From: Fimicolochytrium jonesii
Lineage: Eukaryota
NCBI RefSeq assembly: GCF_025526975.1
Contig: NW_026515669.1
Location: forward strand, 868,001-932,000
Direction: 5' to 3'
Length of the DNA: 64,000 nucleotides
A program made the translations under genes and the position numbers. Positions 11,537 to 25,100 of the stretch are shown here, piece after piece. The stretch's first letter is position 1; the number at the start of each line of letters is the position of its first letter. The notes under the pieces were generated by a model. It ran no database searches. It saw only the letters and a program-made list of their open reading frames with translations, and was not told the DNA's origin.

Positions 11537-12679
11537 ATGGAGGCGCTACGTATACAGGCCCTCCTGTTAACCGTCTGCGCAGGACTCGCTCTTCTGACTC
11601 CACCGCCAACGGTCGACGCACAAGCGTTGGCGTACTTCCGCTCTGAAAAGTATGTTTTCGGCAACTTGCCGCTAGCAACGGTAACGGCCCTGGGACTGGA
11701 AAACAACGGCTTGATGGTGACGGGAAAAGCGCCAGGGAACCAAACTCAGAACCAAGTATGGATAAGTTACACAAATGCGTCTGCGCCGTTCTTCTGGGCG
11801 TGGACGGGCAACGATACCGCCCAATACTCAGCCATGGGCGTGAAGCACGTCTCGCATCAAACCAACGAAAACTTGTTGTTCCTAGCCCGGGATACTGGGA
11901 TTGAGGTCCTTACCTACTGGTGGTTGAGCCCTCGCCAAACTCCCGACCCGAACCACCCGCCAAGAGTGGTTCCGTTGAACGGCACATCAGGCGCCCTCAC
12001 CTCACTCACGTCGGTGGACGCTGCAGGCGGCGTCTTTGGGAGCGAAAGCGGCCGATTATGGTGGATTCCAGTCGTCCGTCCACTAAGTGCCGACCCACCA
12101 GACGCTGGCAGCAACCTCACGCTTGTCCGCCAATTTGGTGGAACCATTCAATCGCTTTGGGCTTCCGAGACGACCGGCAGCCTGTACGTGGCCGAATGGT
12201 TCAACTCATCAAACAACATCCACAAATATCCAATGTCGCGTGATCCAAAGGACATTCCAGCTACCTCAGTCCCACTCATCTCACTCAACTCCACCTCGTA
12301 TCCCAATCCACCCGCCGACCGGCCCGTCGTCGCATCGATAGCAGCCCACCCAGTAACCGGCGATATCTACGTAGCGCTGCAGGGAGCTGGCGGCGTACTG
12401 GTGTACGATCAGACGGGGAAATTGTGGGGTCAGATTGTGACCACGTTCATCAATGTGGTGGCCTTGGAGATGGATAATGATGGAACGGCGTTGTATATAG
12501 GTGGGGACGATGGGGCGGGGCAAGCCAAGGTGGATTCGCTGAATCTAAAATCGCTGGGCTTGAAGGATAAGGGGGTCGCTGCGCTCGCTCACAGCGGCGG
12601 CGAGTCGAGGGTGCCGTTATCAAGCCCTATTGTGGTTCTGCAGATTCTCAGCGCGGCAATATATGCGTGGGCTCTGTGA
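11537..12679 (+). CDS. Secreted, probably GPI-anchored beta-propeller-like glycoprotein (NHL/SMP-30-like repeats)
   Basis: Signal peptide MEALRIQALLLTVCAGLALL; blades such as GSLYVAE, IAAHPVTGDIYVA, LEMDNDGTALYIG; several N-x-S/T sites; hydrophobic C-terminus; intronless. Confidence 0.65.
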   Translation: MEALRIQALLLTVCAGLALLTPPPTVDAQALAYFRSEKYVFGNLPLATVTALGLENNGLMVTGKAPGNQTQNQVWISYTNASAPFFWAWTGNDTAQYSAMGVKHVSHQTNENLLFLARDTGIEVLTYWWLSPRQTPDPNHPPRVVPLNGTSGALTSLTSVDAAGGVFGSESGRLWWIPVVRPLSADPPDAGSNLTLVRQFGGTIQSLWASETTGSLYVAEWFNSSNNIHKYPMSRDPKDIPATSVPLISLNSTSYPNPPADRPVVASIAAHPVTGDIYVALQGAGGVLVYDQTGKLWGQIVTTFINVVALEMDNDGTALYIGGDDGAGQAKVDSLNLKSLGLKDKGVAALAHSGGESRVPLSSPIVVLQILSAAIYAWAL

Positions 12680-12965
12680 TTCCGCCACACTAGCACCATT
12701 TTGGATGTTCCCTCGGGTCTTTCTACGTAGTTCTCTTATTATTATTCGCTCGTAAGATATGTACATCGTACAATTCCCATGTAATAACAACCCTCAGTAG
12801 TATCAAGCACATTTTAGGCGCAAGTTTGCAATTTCGGCACAGCATTTGAGGATGTCATCGCAACACTTTTGGTGTACCATCTGCGTCTCTGCCCAAATTC
12901 CTGGCCGAACCCACCGTCGGCAAGCCCGTCTACTACTTCTAACCTGCAGGACGGCTACCTCTAAT

Positions 12966-14674
12966 CTATGTAAAAGGGTCCAAACTACACTGAATGCCAA
13001 TCTCCTTCCTCCCCGGCTGCAACCCTCTCGGAAACAACCGCCGCGCAACATCACGAACCGCCCCCTCCCTCTCCATCATCTCCCGAATCTGACTCTTCAC
13101 CACCTCCTCACCCATCATCCCCTCCTTAAGACTCCGATACTGCATCTCAAGCTCCTCAGCCATCAGCTCTTGGTCCCGCCTGAGCACGGCGACCCGCGCA
13201 GCATGCGTACTCTGCAAATTCTCAACCTGCGCCTCATACTGCGCCGTCACATCGGCCATCATCCTATCCAACAAACACGCCTCAGGCTCCTCCGAGTCGT
13301 CAGATGTGGTCGACGCAGCGCTGGAGGATCCACCACTCTCATCCGTTCCCAGCGTCGCCGTATCCTCAAATAATACACTCGACGCAGCCGACATCCCATA
13401 ATCCCGCAAGCCCACCCCGCCCCCCATCGCCGGAAACCTGCTCGAGACCTGCTGCCTCGCCGACCGGCGACCCGCGCTCACCCCCCCAGGTCCATGACGA
13501 GACAATCGCGACTCGCCCTGTGCGATGGCTCGGTCGGCGGTGCGTTTCCGCGGCGGCCCGTGCTGCCGGTCTTCGGTGAGAGCTTTGACGCGGTTGATGT
13601 CTTCCATGATCAGCGCAATTTTTTCTTCGCGTTGGCGGACGGCGCGCTGGAGGAGGAGGATTGTGTCGTCGTTTTTGAGGCGGTCGTCGGTTATGTGTGC
13701 TGTGAGCTGGTTGAGTTGCTCTCCGTTTAGCATAGAATCCTGAACATTTCACAAACAAATGCGCACACGTTCCACATACCTCACTCTCATAAACCCCATG
13801 ACGACGCATTAAAACGTTTTTCCTCGCCAGATTGCCCCTCAATTTCGAAATCGCTGCCGTACGCCGATGACACTCGCGTTTGAGCTCATATATATGCGCA
13901 TTCATGTCTTTCACTTGCGCTATGTGCATTTCTGTCATGATTCCGGTGACCTCGTCCCTATTCTTCTACTCGGGAAAAAGCGGATGGCGATGTGTTCACA
14001 CCCGCACCATTCTTTCATCCAGTAGATTGTAGGTACTCTTACTTACCTGAGCATCGTACAGATGTGCAACAACAGCATCTGCGAATCGCTCCCTATATGC
14101 TCTGCGCACCCGGTCGACCCCGCGTCTCTGCAGCTCGTGAATGTAGCCTGCGCGGCCATCGAAGAAAGCAGTCACGTCGCGATTTGCGGACCGTATCGCC
14201 GTGCGGTATGTCTCGTCGAGCACTTGGCGGGAAATACCCATCGCCTAAAACATTCGCACGGACGTCAACGATCCGCGCCCCATCACTACACTGATCAGAA
14301 AAATGGCCCCCACCAAACCTTCAAACCACCCATACCTTTGTCAAATCCTGAAATCTCCTCTCCGCCTTCTTCACCTCCCCCACCGCCCCCTCCTCCGTCT
14401 GCGTCGGCCGACTCGCCCTAAACAACCTCACATACTCCGTCGTGATATTCCAACATCTCGCCGCAACCTCCTCCAATAATTGAGCCTCCGTCAGCGCCCG
14501 TTGCCGTGATACTAAAATACGCTGCGGCGCTTCGGCATCGTGTTCCTCGACCGCGATGGACGCCGATTTGCCCCGGCTGGCTGCTGCGGGGGAATGGTCC
14601 ACGGGTTTGAGGTCGAAGACGTTGGCGAAGAGTTTGAGGACTTTTGTCTCTTTTAGGTCTGTTTTGGGATCCAT
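12966..14674 (-). CDS. Multi-exon coiled-coil hypothetical protein
   Basis: Four consecutive minus-strand helical ORF segments (MDPKTDLK..., ...ISRQVLDETYR..., ...MTEMHIAQVK..., ...MLNGEQLNQL...) separated by GT-AG intron-like gaps. Confidence 0.6.
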
Positions 14675-15115
14675 TTTTGCGGGTGGGTTGGAGGGTGGGG
14701 ATGTGCATACGATGGCGGAAATCGACACGGGGGATTTTGACTTTTGGACTGTCATTCATCATGTACCAAAGGTCTTCACCGCGCGCTTGCATGTATCATC
14801 GGTCTTCACTTCGGAACTAATTTCAGCAACTCCAGATATTTTCACAACAGCAGAGTATCAGAGTCAACTAAAGACTTCGCATAGAGTTCGATGAGATAGG
14901 ATGTTTTCGCACAAAGGTCCAATTTTGTCCAAGTAGGGTATGCCCATACGGAATATTTACAGCGAATAAGATATCCAATCCACAGACTTCCAAGATCAAA
15001 ATACTTAATAGGGGAGGCAAAGGCGTCTATATGCTACTCCTACTTTGATGGGGACTGAGCCGCTCTATTCATCTTCAGAACAGCAGTTGCGAGTCCCGAG
15101 AAGATTGATCTCTGC

Positions 15116-16189
15116 TCAATCAGTCATTCGAGAACTTGTTCCCGAACTCCCCGTCGAGGTGCAGATCTCAATGTTCAGCCGTGCCGTCATGTCGAATAGT
15201 TCAACCTCGTCCTCGTACCTGAGGAAGGAATCAGTGATGAGGTGTTCCCAAAACATTGCGCGTTTGCCCCTCAAGTATACCTTCTCTTCTTTTCAACCTC
15301 CATCTGGAGCCTCATCTCTCGTTCTTCGACAGCGTTTAAGTTGCTCAGCAGATGCCTAGATTCGGCCGATTCTGATGATGACACAAATGTCGATTCCCCC
15401 CGTCCATGCTGGCCGTCGTTCATTTGCTCTGGATGTCCGTCGGTGGTCTCAGGGCCCCTTCCTCTGGAGAGCGCACGGCCGGTCAAAGTCAGGTATGGTG
15501 GAAGATCCTCTACATTCCGCGGATCACCAACAAGTGCGGCGAGGAGCGGTTAGTGGGATCGAAACACCAATGTGAACTTGTTGACATACCATCTCCCGGG
15601 CGACACATGTTCGTGGTGTGAGCCGCAGGCTGCCTACGTTCATTTACGGCAGTGCGAAGCTCCAACAAGGCAGCGATGTGCTCTCTAGCGTAGGTGATCG
15701 CATACTGGTATTCGCGGCTGTGTGTCAGGCGGATTCGTCAATGCGAGTGCCGTCGAGTGGGTCACGAACTTTGCCGAACGTACAGGATGCACTCCTCTTC
15801 GAGCGCCAAACTAAACGGATCTGTGGATACGGTGGAAAGCTTCCGATTGCTCATAAAGTTGCGAAGCCTGCAGGAGGTGCATTCGTTCAAGCCGAGTGCT
15901 CGAAACGGATACCTAGTCCACGCCCACCCTACCGATGAATATGAACCATCTGCACCTCAATTTTCGCCTGTAGCACCCCAACAGCATCGCGTGCGTCCTC
16001 GACCTTCTTTTTGGAGGCAGTCACTTCTTGTTCGACTGTCAAGGTTGCAAAGAGATGGCGTGGGAAAATTGTACGAAACAAAAGCAAACGGCCAATCCTA
16101 TACTCACGATCTTGCAACTTCTGCTTCAGCGACGGCAAGTCGCGAGTGGCAAGAGGACCACTTACAGCTAGCGCTCGTCCAAAGTCCAT
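15116..16189 (-). CDS. Multi-exon hypothetical coiled-coil protein, exon model tentative
   Basis: Segments MDFGRALA...KQKLQDR, EQEVTASKKKVEDARDAVGVLQAKIE, REYQYAITYAREHIAALLE, NLNAVEEREMRLQMEVEKKR with plausible splice sites. Confidence 0.45.
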
Positions 16190-16412
16190 ATTTGAGTGAC
16201 TTGCTGGTTGAAAGGGGATCGGAACAGGTAGGAACAATGTTAAGGCCATATTATGACCGTGGTCAGCCCCAGGGGTCAGCCCCCAAAAGTGAGAAAGAGT
16301 GAGAAGGAGATGAGAACGCGTTCCGTTTTTCCCAACGGATTTCACGAAGGTCTTTCTAAATGAAAACGCTGTCTGTCGGAGCTCAGCATCAACGCCTTCC
16401 TACAGCTCAGCC

Positions 16413-18838
16413 ATGAGCCAGATTCTGGAGCCTGTAGGCGTTTTAGAAACAGCTCAAAACTTGATCAGCAACGGGCTAGCGTCGTCCGCCGAACTTTTGG
16501 TACGTCTTGTCTGATTCCACACCGCGCTTACGGCGATGATCTCGCGTATTGCTTTTCAACCAAATGGAAGCGACCAGTCAACTCATCACACCCTCTGCAG
16601 CTCAACAGCTTCCTCTCGCTTTCCCCATCGAAAACGCATAACGATGAAGGGCACCTGGTGCAGGCGCAGGCTTCAGTTTTGCTGGCTGACTCGCTCGTGG
16701 AGGGCGGCGAATATCCAAGAGCGTTGGTATGTGGAGTAGGCTTGGAAGTTCGGCACAGCTCAGCACGGCAGGACAGGGGCTCACGCATAGGAATGTTCAG
16801 AAACTATACGAGACAGGTTACCGAGCGCTGTGCAACAGTAGAAACTTCTCAGACGCCCATAGACAGTTTGTGTACGGAGTGAAAGAAAAGCAAGCATATT
16901 GCCATGCGCGCACTGGCCAGCTTTTGGACGCGATAGATGAGATGGAAAAGGTACCGGTGGCCTATCTGACCGTTAAAGCCTGCAAGACTCTCGCGTCGTG
17001 GTATGAGGAGACTCTTCGCTTCGAGTAAGTACGCCAGCGGTTTGAGGAACCATGCAACTAGCCACACGTACTGATATTCTTGATCCTTTGTAGTCAGGCA
17101 AGACAAACATATTTAAATCTATTGCGGTTAGTTACAGCTGTGATCTGGATGTTATGAATGTCTGACGACCTTGCGCGGTACTGATGTCAAATGTCTCGTA
17201 GCAAAGAACCGCTGGCTCTCGAGGCAATGATGGGAGCATTACGACATGGCCACATGCTAGAAGACTTGGCCCAATGCTTGCCTCCATCGCCATGTGGGGA
17301 CTGGTTGAATCGATACATGTTGTGCTATGTGGCGATACGGAGCCATCAATACGAAGGTTAGTGATAACTGGTTAGAGCCAGATTGCCTCCCTTCGACATT
17401 GACCCGATGAACCCTCAGAGGCATTGCTCGAACTTGGGCGGTTGCAAAATGAAGCGCCAATGAATGTTGATGTCATGCTGGCCATGGCAGACTGCTTATT
17501 CAAGAGTGGGGAGACAATGAAGGCACACTATCAATATAAACAAGTAAGTACGACTAGCAAGGGGGTGGATCATGTCGTGGATTATTCACGATGCTTCGTC
17601 ATGCAGATAATGAAACGTGACCATGACGTGGTCAAGCAGATGGATAGATACGCACTGATTCTGAAGCAGAGAGGCGATCGAGAGCAGTTGAAAAAGTACG
17701 TCGCCAGCCACGACCTTGCCGTTGGCCTTCATTCTCTGTTCGCCCAGGTACTGACGGACTTGGCAGGCATGCAAGGACAATGTCGCGGAAGAATCCTACG
17801 AGACCAGAGTCATGGCTGGCCATGGCATGCTGCAGCGAAATGCAGGGCGATATGGACACGGCTCTCAGCTTCGTCGATAGGGCACTGGAATGTAATCGGA
17901 CGTACGCGGAAGCGTGGTTGATGAAAGGTAGGCCTGAGGGATATATCTCCTCGTTCGCCCACAGTACTAACTGCATGTTGTCTATTTCAGCATCACTGTT
18001 GACCGCTGCTGGAAAGTTTGATGAGGCACTACCAGCCTATAAGCGCGCGCAAGCTTACGATGAAACGATAACGAGCTTTGAAGGTATGGCTCAGTCTGGA
18101 ATAGCGATATGCAGTAATTGTATGAACTTGACACCGCTCTGGCTCCCAACAGGACAAGTGGAATGCCATTTACAACAAGCTTCACCAATCGAAGCCCACT
18201 TAGCAGCGCGAGACGCCGCCGTCCGTATGCCACGGCATCCCAAAGCACGAATACTAGTTGGAGGTGTACTGAAAGCCAAAGGCGATCCGGAGAGCAAAAA
18301 GCGAGCAAAGAAAATGTTTGAAGAAGCGTATAGACTCAATCCGCTATGCACCGAGGCGGTGTTGGCGCTGGTGACCACTTTGGAGGAAGAGGAGAATTGG
18401 GAGCGGGCGATTGAGATGTGAGTTTTGCAGCCTCTCGCTGGTGTGCGTGCCACGCCTGATGTCGCGTGCTGACGACCTGTTCTTTCGGCTTTTTCCGAAA
18501 CCAGGCTCAAAGAACACTCTGGGCATATACAAATGGCAACGCTGCACCATCGCTTAGCTGAAATCTATGTCACACGAAAGAACTTCGATGAAGCAATGGA
18601 CCAGTATAACATAGCTCTGAGGTAACGTAACGCACCCCAACAACGTCAATGGCCTTCAGATTTCAGAGGCGCTTTCTCACATGAAACCAACAGAATCGAC
18701 CCACAATTCGAGCCAGCGCTGCGAGGCAACAAACGCCTCCACCGCATACTCGCATCAGGCGGACATACAGATCTCGGCGCGACAGACGAGGAAGACATCG
18801 ATGAACAGGTCGATGAATTATCCAATGGAGACGATTAA
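16413..18838 (+). CDS. APC7: Anaphase-promoting complex subunit 7-like TPR protein
   Basis: Many exons of TPRs; APC7-like segments LISNGLASSAELL, KEPLALEAM, MDRYALILKQ, RPESWLAM, AYRLNPLCTEAVLAL, LHHRLAEIY..FDEAMDQYNIAL, acidic tail. Confidence 0.8.
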
Positions 18839-19299
18839 AAGACAGGAGAATGAGAAAAAGCTTCTGCAATTTTATTGGGAACGGAAAAGAGGGAATAACT
18901 ATCGCTGATGCATGGGTAAAGAGGGGAACGCTGAGAACGGGGGTGGCTGTTTTGTGACAACCTATATATATATATCCCACGAACCACAAGATGCAAATAT
19001 ACAACGATACGAAATTGAGCAGATATACTCAGTGAAGCGAACGATCGATAGTGATGGCAGTAGTCGTGACGCGTCATGTCGACGAAAAGCGCCTTCCAGG
19101 TTGGGTGACTGGGAGTGTCAAGTATGGATATCACTACGATGACGTTGCTTGGGTGGATGACTACGAGTATATTGCGCGGGAAGTTCTGGAGGGTACCGGC
19201 GCCAGCTGGCCGTGAACTTGTGCGCATCTGAAACTGGGAAAATGTCGGCAACGATGCGATGCTGTGGCGGTGGGGGTTGCCGACGACTGGGGTTCCAGA

Positions 19300-20439
19300 C
19301 TATGCGTCGCCGTCGAGATACTCTTCCGTGTCTGGGTCGTTTACCTCCCCTGGACCGACGGGAGCAAGGTGGTGGCCTCGTCGCATGTCGGAACGGATGT
19401 GAAGCTTGATACCTTGACGCGCAAGACACTTTGCCAATTGTGATGATTCTGAGAAAGGGACCATGCATGCAAGTCAGTGTGAGCCCAAATACCACTATTG
19501 TTGATCTCTGCAAGCCAACGGCCCTTCTATCGTACCTGTCATTCCTGGGAAGGTCTTTGGAGGATAAACCGAGATGACCTCCGACACGGCGAATGCCATG
19601 GCCTGTGAGGCATCCTTCGACATGTCATACAGGGAGAACTTGAGGATATATTGGCCAGACGTCCGTATAGATAGATCCGGGAACTGCATCGGAGTGTAAG
19701 TCGAAGGTCAGTCGAGGACGCGTCATGTAAGCCCACACACACACAGACTCCAACTTACAGTGAAGAACAATGCCCTGGTTCCATCGATGTCGGTGAGAAC
19801 ATGGCAAGGACTAACCAAGCTCCCAACTAGTGCGGATACGTATCCTGTCGGTGCCGTGGGTGCGGGATGTGCACTCGCGGGATCCGCATTTTGAGACTGG
19901 TCGGACTTTTTGGCGACCGCAACTGATCCTGGATTCAGGACGACACTCCTCTCTTCCGTTCCGTCGGCCGACCACAACGCGGCGTGGCACACGAGCGATG
20001 TTGCTTGCTTATAACTGAGGTTGATTTCGCCAAAGCACCCAGTGTGAGTAAGCCATGACAACGCGTTGGAAAACGAACGAAGCCACAGAGAGCGAACTTA
20101 CTTCAGGACGGCATGGTCCCCGTCTCTTCTGACTAGTTGCAATATGGGCGCTGGATCTACTGGCCGGTAGTCCTTCGTCCCAAAGCCGCACATGCGAGCC
20201 CGGTTGGGTTGCTGTCGGATGATTAATTCATTGGTTCTGAGAAACAAGACGCTCTGTTAGTCGGATGTATGCGTGAAAGAAAATAATGGCAAGCGCGTCC
20301 CAATACAAAGGGGAATAGGGAAAGAAAAGACTTACATATGCCGCTCGGTTGACTTCCGCCTTGGAGTTAGGGCGGGGACAGCCGTAGGCTGGCCTTCCAA
20401 GGGTTCGACTTTCGCAGGTAACTCCACGGGTGGTTGCAT
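19300..20439 (-). CDS. Velvet-domain transcriptional regulator (short, VelB/VelC-like)
   Basis: Spliced product contains ELIIRQQPNRARMCGFGTKDYRPVDPAPILQL, LVGSLVSP, FPDLSIRTSGQYILKFSL, VYPPKTFPGMTESSQLAKCLARQGIKLHIR; the first motif is missing from the ORF track. Confidence 0.95.
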
Positions 20440-22177
20440 ATGGGTCTCTTTCCGCGGAGGACTTGACGAACGAGACGGGGAAAGAATCTTGAAATGAGTT
20501 GTTGCTTGGAGGGCACGATGGTGCACCAGAGAACTATTCGATAACCAGCGTGTTTGTCGAGACAGTAAAAGCAACCTTCACTATGCCGATAGTATGGCCG
20601 TCAGGAGAACTCAGGCTTTGCGTGACCGTTACTTGAGTACACCACCGTCAGCGTAATACAGTGAGAACGACGGTGGCGTTTAAGAGTGGAAGAGCTCGTT
20701 CCGTGGTTGAACCGTCCGTCTTCTTCTGTGCTTGCTTTGCGTTGGGGGGGTAAATTCTCGCTTGCCGGCCTGGTTGCGAAACCTGCGCGAAGGTGTTGGG
20801 CTGGGTCTTGCAAGACGCTCAACGGTAGACGGGGTGGGTGAAGGGCGGGCGTGCGCGGACGGGACGGGACGAGTCACCCCGGCGAGTCTTGCAGAAGCTT
20901 GCGAGCGAACCACGGGGTTGGGGGGTGGGATATTGAAGTGAGCGATACGTTAAGACGGTGCAGCAACAGAAGACAATAGTAATACCGACAGTTCTGGGCT
21001 TACCCGTAGCACTGGACACTCCGGAAGCGATATCGAGGGAGGAGTGGTGCAAGGCAGAGGAGGGTTGTTTCCAGGGTGCAACGCAGAGGATCTGCCTATG
21101 TGCCCGCGGTGCTGGAAACGGCTCAGCCAGAACTTGGAAGCTTTGCCGCTCCAGACGCCGCTTTGGTTTGCCTCCCCCCATTCTTCCCACGAATCCAGAG
21201 GCGGCGCCCCATGCAGATCCTGCGTCTTCCACGCACTCGGATTCATCCTCGGCTTCCACCCAAGATTTCATAGAAGCGCGTCGGCGTCTTTGTTGGGCCC
21301 ACCTTGTGCCACCCTTTGTCATGCTCGTATGGGCGAGTCCAGCTTGGACTGTCGAGACGGACACTGGATCATACGATTCCTACCAGACGCCATAGAGACG
21401 GTCTGGGTGCGTTTGGGACGAATGCCAGAGTTCACACTTGCAGATCATAGTGTCAAAAAACGGCAACCCTCCGCTCGTTTCTTCCAGGCTCGGGTTGGCG
21501 ACCTCGAAGCTGTCGAGCAAACTCTGATTTCATGAATGACGTGGGTTAAAAGAGTTCGACGGAGGATACCATCGGCACTGAGATTCGAGGGTAAGACGGC
21601 TAGCATTTTTTTTACCAGCTGCTCGGCATCCACGCGACTCGGCGTTGTGGTGTTCAAACTTCACCGTCCCACGGCAAATTTGACGCGTACGCGTGAAAAC
21701 TGTTTTATGAAGAAAATGCCCGGCCCAACGCATCGATCACGAGCCTCTCGAAACCCACTCGGAAGCACTGCCGAAAAAGGAAATCCCAAAAAAGGGGGCA
21801 CGCCCACGATCCATGCTACCCCAAATCCGGGCATGCGCCAGCGAATCGCCGCCCCGACAAATGGCTGCAGGTAATGATGTCTGGCCCCGACCAGCTCATA
21901 TAGACCTACAACGGATCTCGCTCGGATCCGGGAATCCGACACTTCTGGTGGCGGACTGACGGGAGACAGGACGGCAACGCTGTTTCCTGAACCTGGGTTC
22001 AATGCGTCATTGCTATCCCCTTTTCATCAAGCCGAAGGATGTACTGTACAGTACATACTGTACATAGATTGGCGTGCAGTATGTCACAAAAGAGCGTCTA
22101 CCCAGGGAACTATTGTCCATCGGCCAAGGGTTGCTACGATACCCTGATCTATCTCGTATACAGTTCTGATATCGCTG

Positions 22178-25100
22178 CTATTTCGACTTGCGTCTGGAAG
22201 CCCTGGTTTCCTCATCCTTGGATCGACTACTGGCTGCGTCTATGTTGTGCGAGGAGCGCGCGAGGCCATGCTGTTCGCGAGTGGTTGCTTTTATCGCCAA
22301 TACCGCTTTGACGGTTGGAGGCGCCGTCAAAGTCGAGGACGGGTGCATATCGGTCGCAGGCGGTTCGGAAGGAATTGGAGGGACATGGGAGGCGATTCCA
22401 GCTTCTGGCGAGACATTTGATGTGGATATGCTGGACTCAGTTACGGTATGATACGGGGAAGTTCCCCAATGTCCAGCCGCATCACCGGAGTTTGGCCGAG
22501 TTTGCGAATGATTCCTTTTAAGTTTCTCCTCCTGCGTCGCCTGAGTGACGCTGTACTGCGTCGACTCCTTCGTCTCTTTGTTGGAATTGATGGGCAGATG
22601 CTCTTCGACTGTCGCTCGAATGGTATGCACGTTCTCTTCTCGTCTCGATGGAATGTCTGATGTCGCGTGGCTCAAATTCTGCGACGGCGCTTCTTTGGCC
22701 TCCGTGGTGGTCTCCTGCTGATTGGGGTGCACAGGTAGATGGTCGTGGACTGTCTGCCGAATGCTATGCACGTTCTCCTCTCGTCTTGAGACTTCGTCTA
22801 TCGGCTCGTCAACTTCCGGCCGTCCGCTGATGCCTTGCGAATGGCCACCTGGTTGTTTTATCTCAGAGTGCGTCTCTTTTGTCAAAGATGACTTATCTTC
22901 TTTAACAGTACGAGATGGCGGCTGCCGGTAAAGCTGTGGCGGATCTAAAGATGTTTGTGACCTTTCCCGCCGGTTCATCGCCGCTTTCAACTCATCGCAT
23001 CGTGCGCTTAGCTCCCTAGTCTTGTCGCGGACAGAGCCTTCCACGTCTCTCAGACGCTCGAACGTCATCTCAAGTGCATCGTTGACATGCCGTGTGCGTT
23101 CTCGAATCAATGGCTCTATCAGCGTCTGCGCGGTCGCCGTCACGCGAACCAGAGTATTTCGCCGCTCCTCTTCAAATTCGTTTTGCAAAGAGTGAATCGC
23201 CCCCGACACGGAGGTGTTCATGCGAGTAGAGAACGCGCGTAGGTTGTCATCCCATTCGCGGCGTGAGTCCTCCGTCCGGGCAGCCATTCGGTCGTCCGTC
23301 TTTTGCAATATGCGTGACTGCAGAGCGTCCATGCGCATCGCTATCAGCCGTTCCATCTCTTGCAAGCTGCTGTGAGTGGGTAGCGCCGCGATGCTGTTCT
23401 GCAGGTCTGCCAGGTGGTTGATGACTTCGAGCTCGCGTTTCTGCATTCCCACCATTGATACATGTAGGGAGTCTGCTTTGTTCGAGGCGGCTTGTTGCGT
23501 CTGCTCAAGCTGCCGTGCTCGATCTGATAGTGAAGCCAGCTGTTTATGCAGCTTATTTGCATTCTCCGTGGAGGTTGTGTGGTGAGCCTGGACCTGCTTC
23601 AGCTCAGCTTCAAAACAGCTTTGAGCTTTATCCTGGGCAGCAAATTTTTCGTTGAAGGACGACTGCAGCGCAGACATTCCCTTCTCGACCTGTCTGCTCA
23701 CCACATCCTCGATCGCTGACCGTGTCGTACGTGCTGCAAGTTCCTGCTTGAGTGCCTCGAACGTGCGGTCTAACTGCAATGTCTTGACGCGAATCTTTTC
23801 CCGCATTTCCTCGGCTACCTCCGCAGCCGCCGCCGATGCTTTCTTCAAAGTCTCCGCATTCAATTGCTCCATTTCGCCCCGCAACGCCGTGTCTCGTACT
23901 TCCGCACCATCCCGCAGCTGCTCTGCAGTGGTTTGAAGACTTGCAAGTTGTCGGCCGACGGATTCCGTATTCTGCGCGATAGCTTTATCCACGGTCCTGC
24001 AATGAGCATTTATACTACCCAGTTGTGCTTCGACGTCCTGCAGTATACGTGTTTTGACATCGTACACAGATTGACTGGCAGCCTCAGCCTGCTCCTGCAG
24101 CTTTTTCTGCAACTGGTCATCCAGCTTGCTTATTTGAGAGTGGAGTGAGGTGAAAGCCTTGGACGTGTCAGTCGAGAAGTGGAGCCGTTGATTTATCTCC
24201 GCCCGCAAAACCTTCTCGGCAGCATCGATCTGCTGGTGATTTAGTCTCGAAGCTTCCTCCAGAGGCGCCATCCTCGCTTTCAAATACCCCAGCTCGGCCA
24301 GGCTGTACGAGGCTTGAGCATTCACCATGCCCTCCAAGCGCTCAATTGTTTGCGCAATAGTTGACTGAAACTGTGCCGACATCTCCTTTTGGCCAGTCCG
24401 GCTTTCCTGAAAGCCTGCTTCTACCCGTAGCCCCAGGTCCGTGACCCCTCCGACTGCCGCGGCAACATCCTTCTCAACGGCTCGCGTCAGACTGATTCCA
24501 TGCGATACTGCTTTCTCCCAATCCGCCCGGTCGGCCTCGTTCGCGTGGACGATGCTGGTTCGCATACTCTCTAGAGAAGCAGCAGAGTTGTACTCGCTCT
24601 CTGAGATGAGCTTTCGCATCTCGCTAAACATGGCACTGGCTGCCTGATCCCGAAGCCGTGCCTCGTTCTCAATCCGCCTTTCCAGATCTTGAGCAGCAGC
24701 GATCATCTTTTGCTCTACGGAGTTCATCCGAGCATTTACTACATTATGAACCTCGTCGATGGCCGCGTCGTGGGCTTTCGCTAAGCGCATGGCATCTATC
24801 CCTATCTGGGATTCCTGATGCAGATCCAATGCCCGGAATCGTAAATTCTGACCCTGTTCAGTTGTCTGAACCTGGAGCGCTTCAACCTGATAGCGCAAAC
24901 GCGCCATCTGCTCCATTACCGCACGGTATCTATCCGACTCCTCATGTCGCAATATCGTGTCCTGCCTGTCATGCTGGCTTGAATATTGATCCACAAGTCC
25001 GCGGACGGACGACGTCATGATGTGCTCCAGCTTGCTCGCAACTGCGGCCTCAACGTCTCGTGCACGACGGTCAGCATCCGCTGCTATCCGCCCGGCGTTG

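Noticed and set aside
20819..21535. Overlapping 145-181 aa ORFs upstream of velvet
   Set aside because: No recognisable motifs, mostly non-ATG starts; better explained as promoter or leader
22039..22065. Perfect 18-bp palindrome ATGTACTGTACAGTACAT
   Set aside because: Built from short TGTACA/TACTG repeats in a 3' flank where TGTA motifs are common; no element around it
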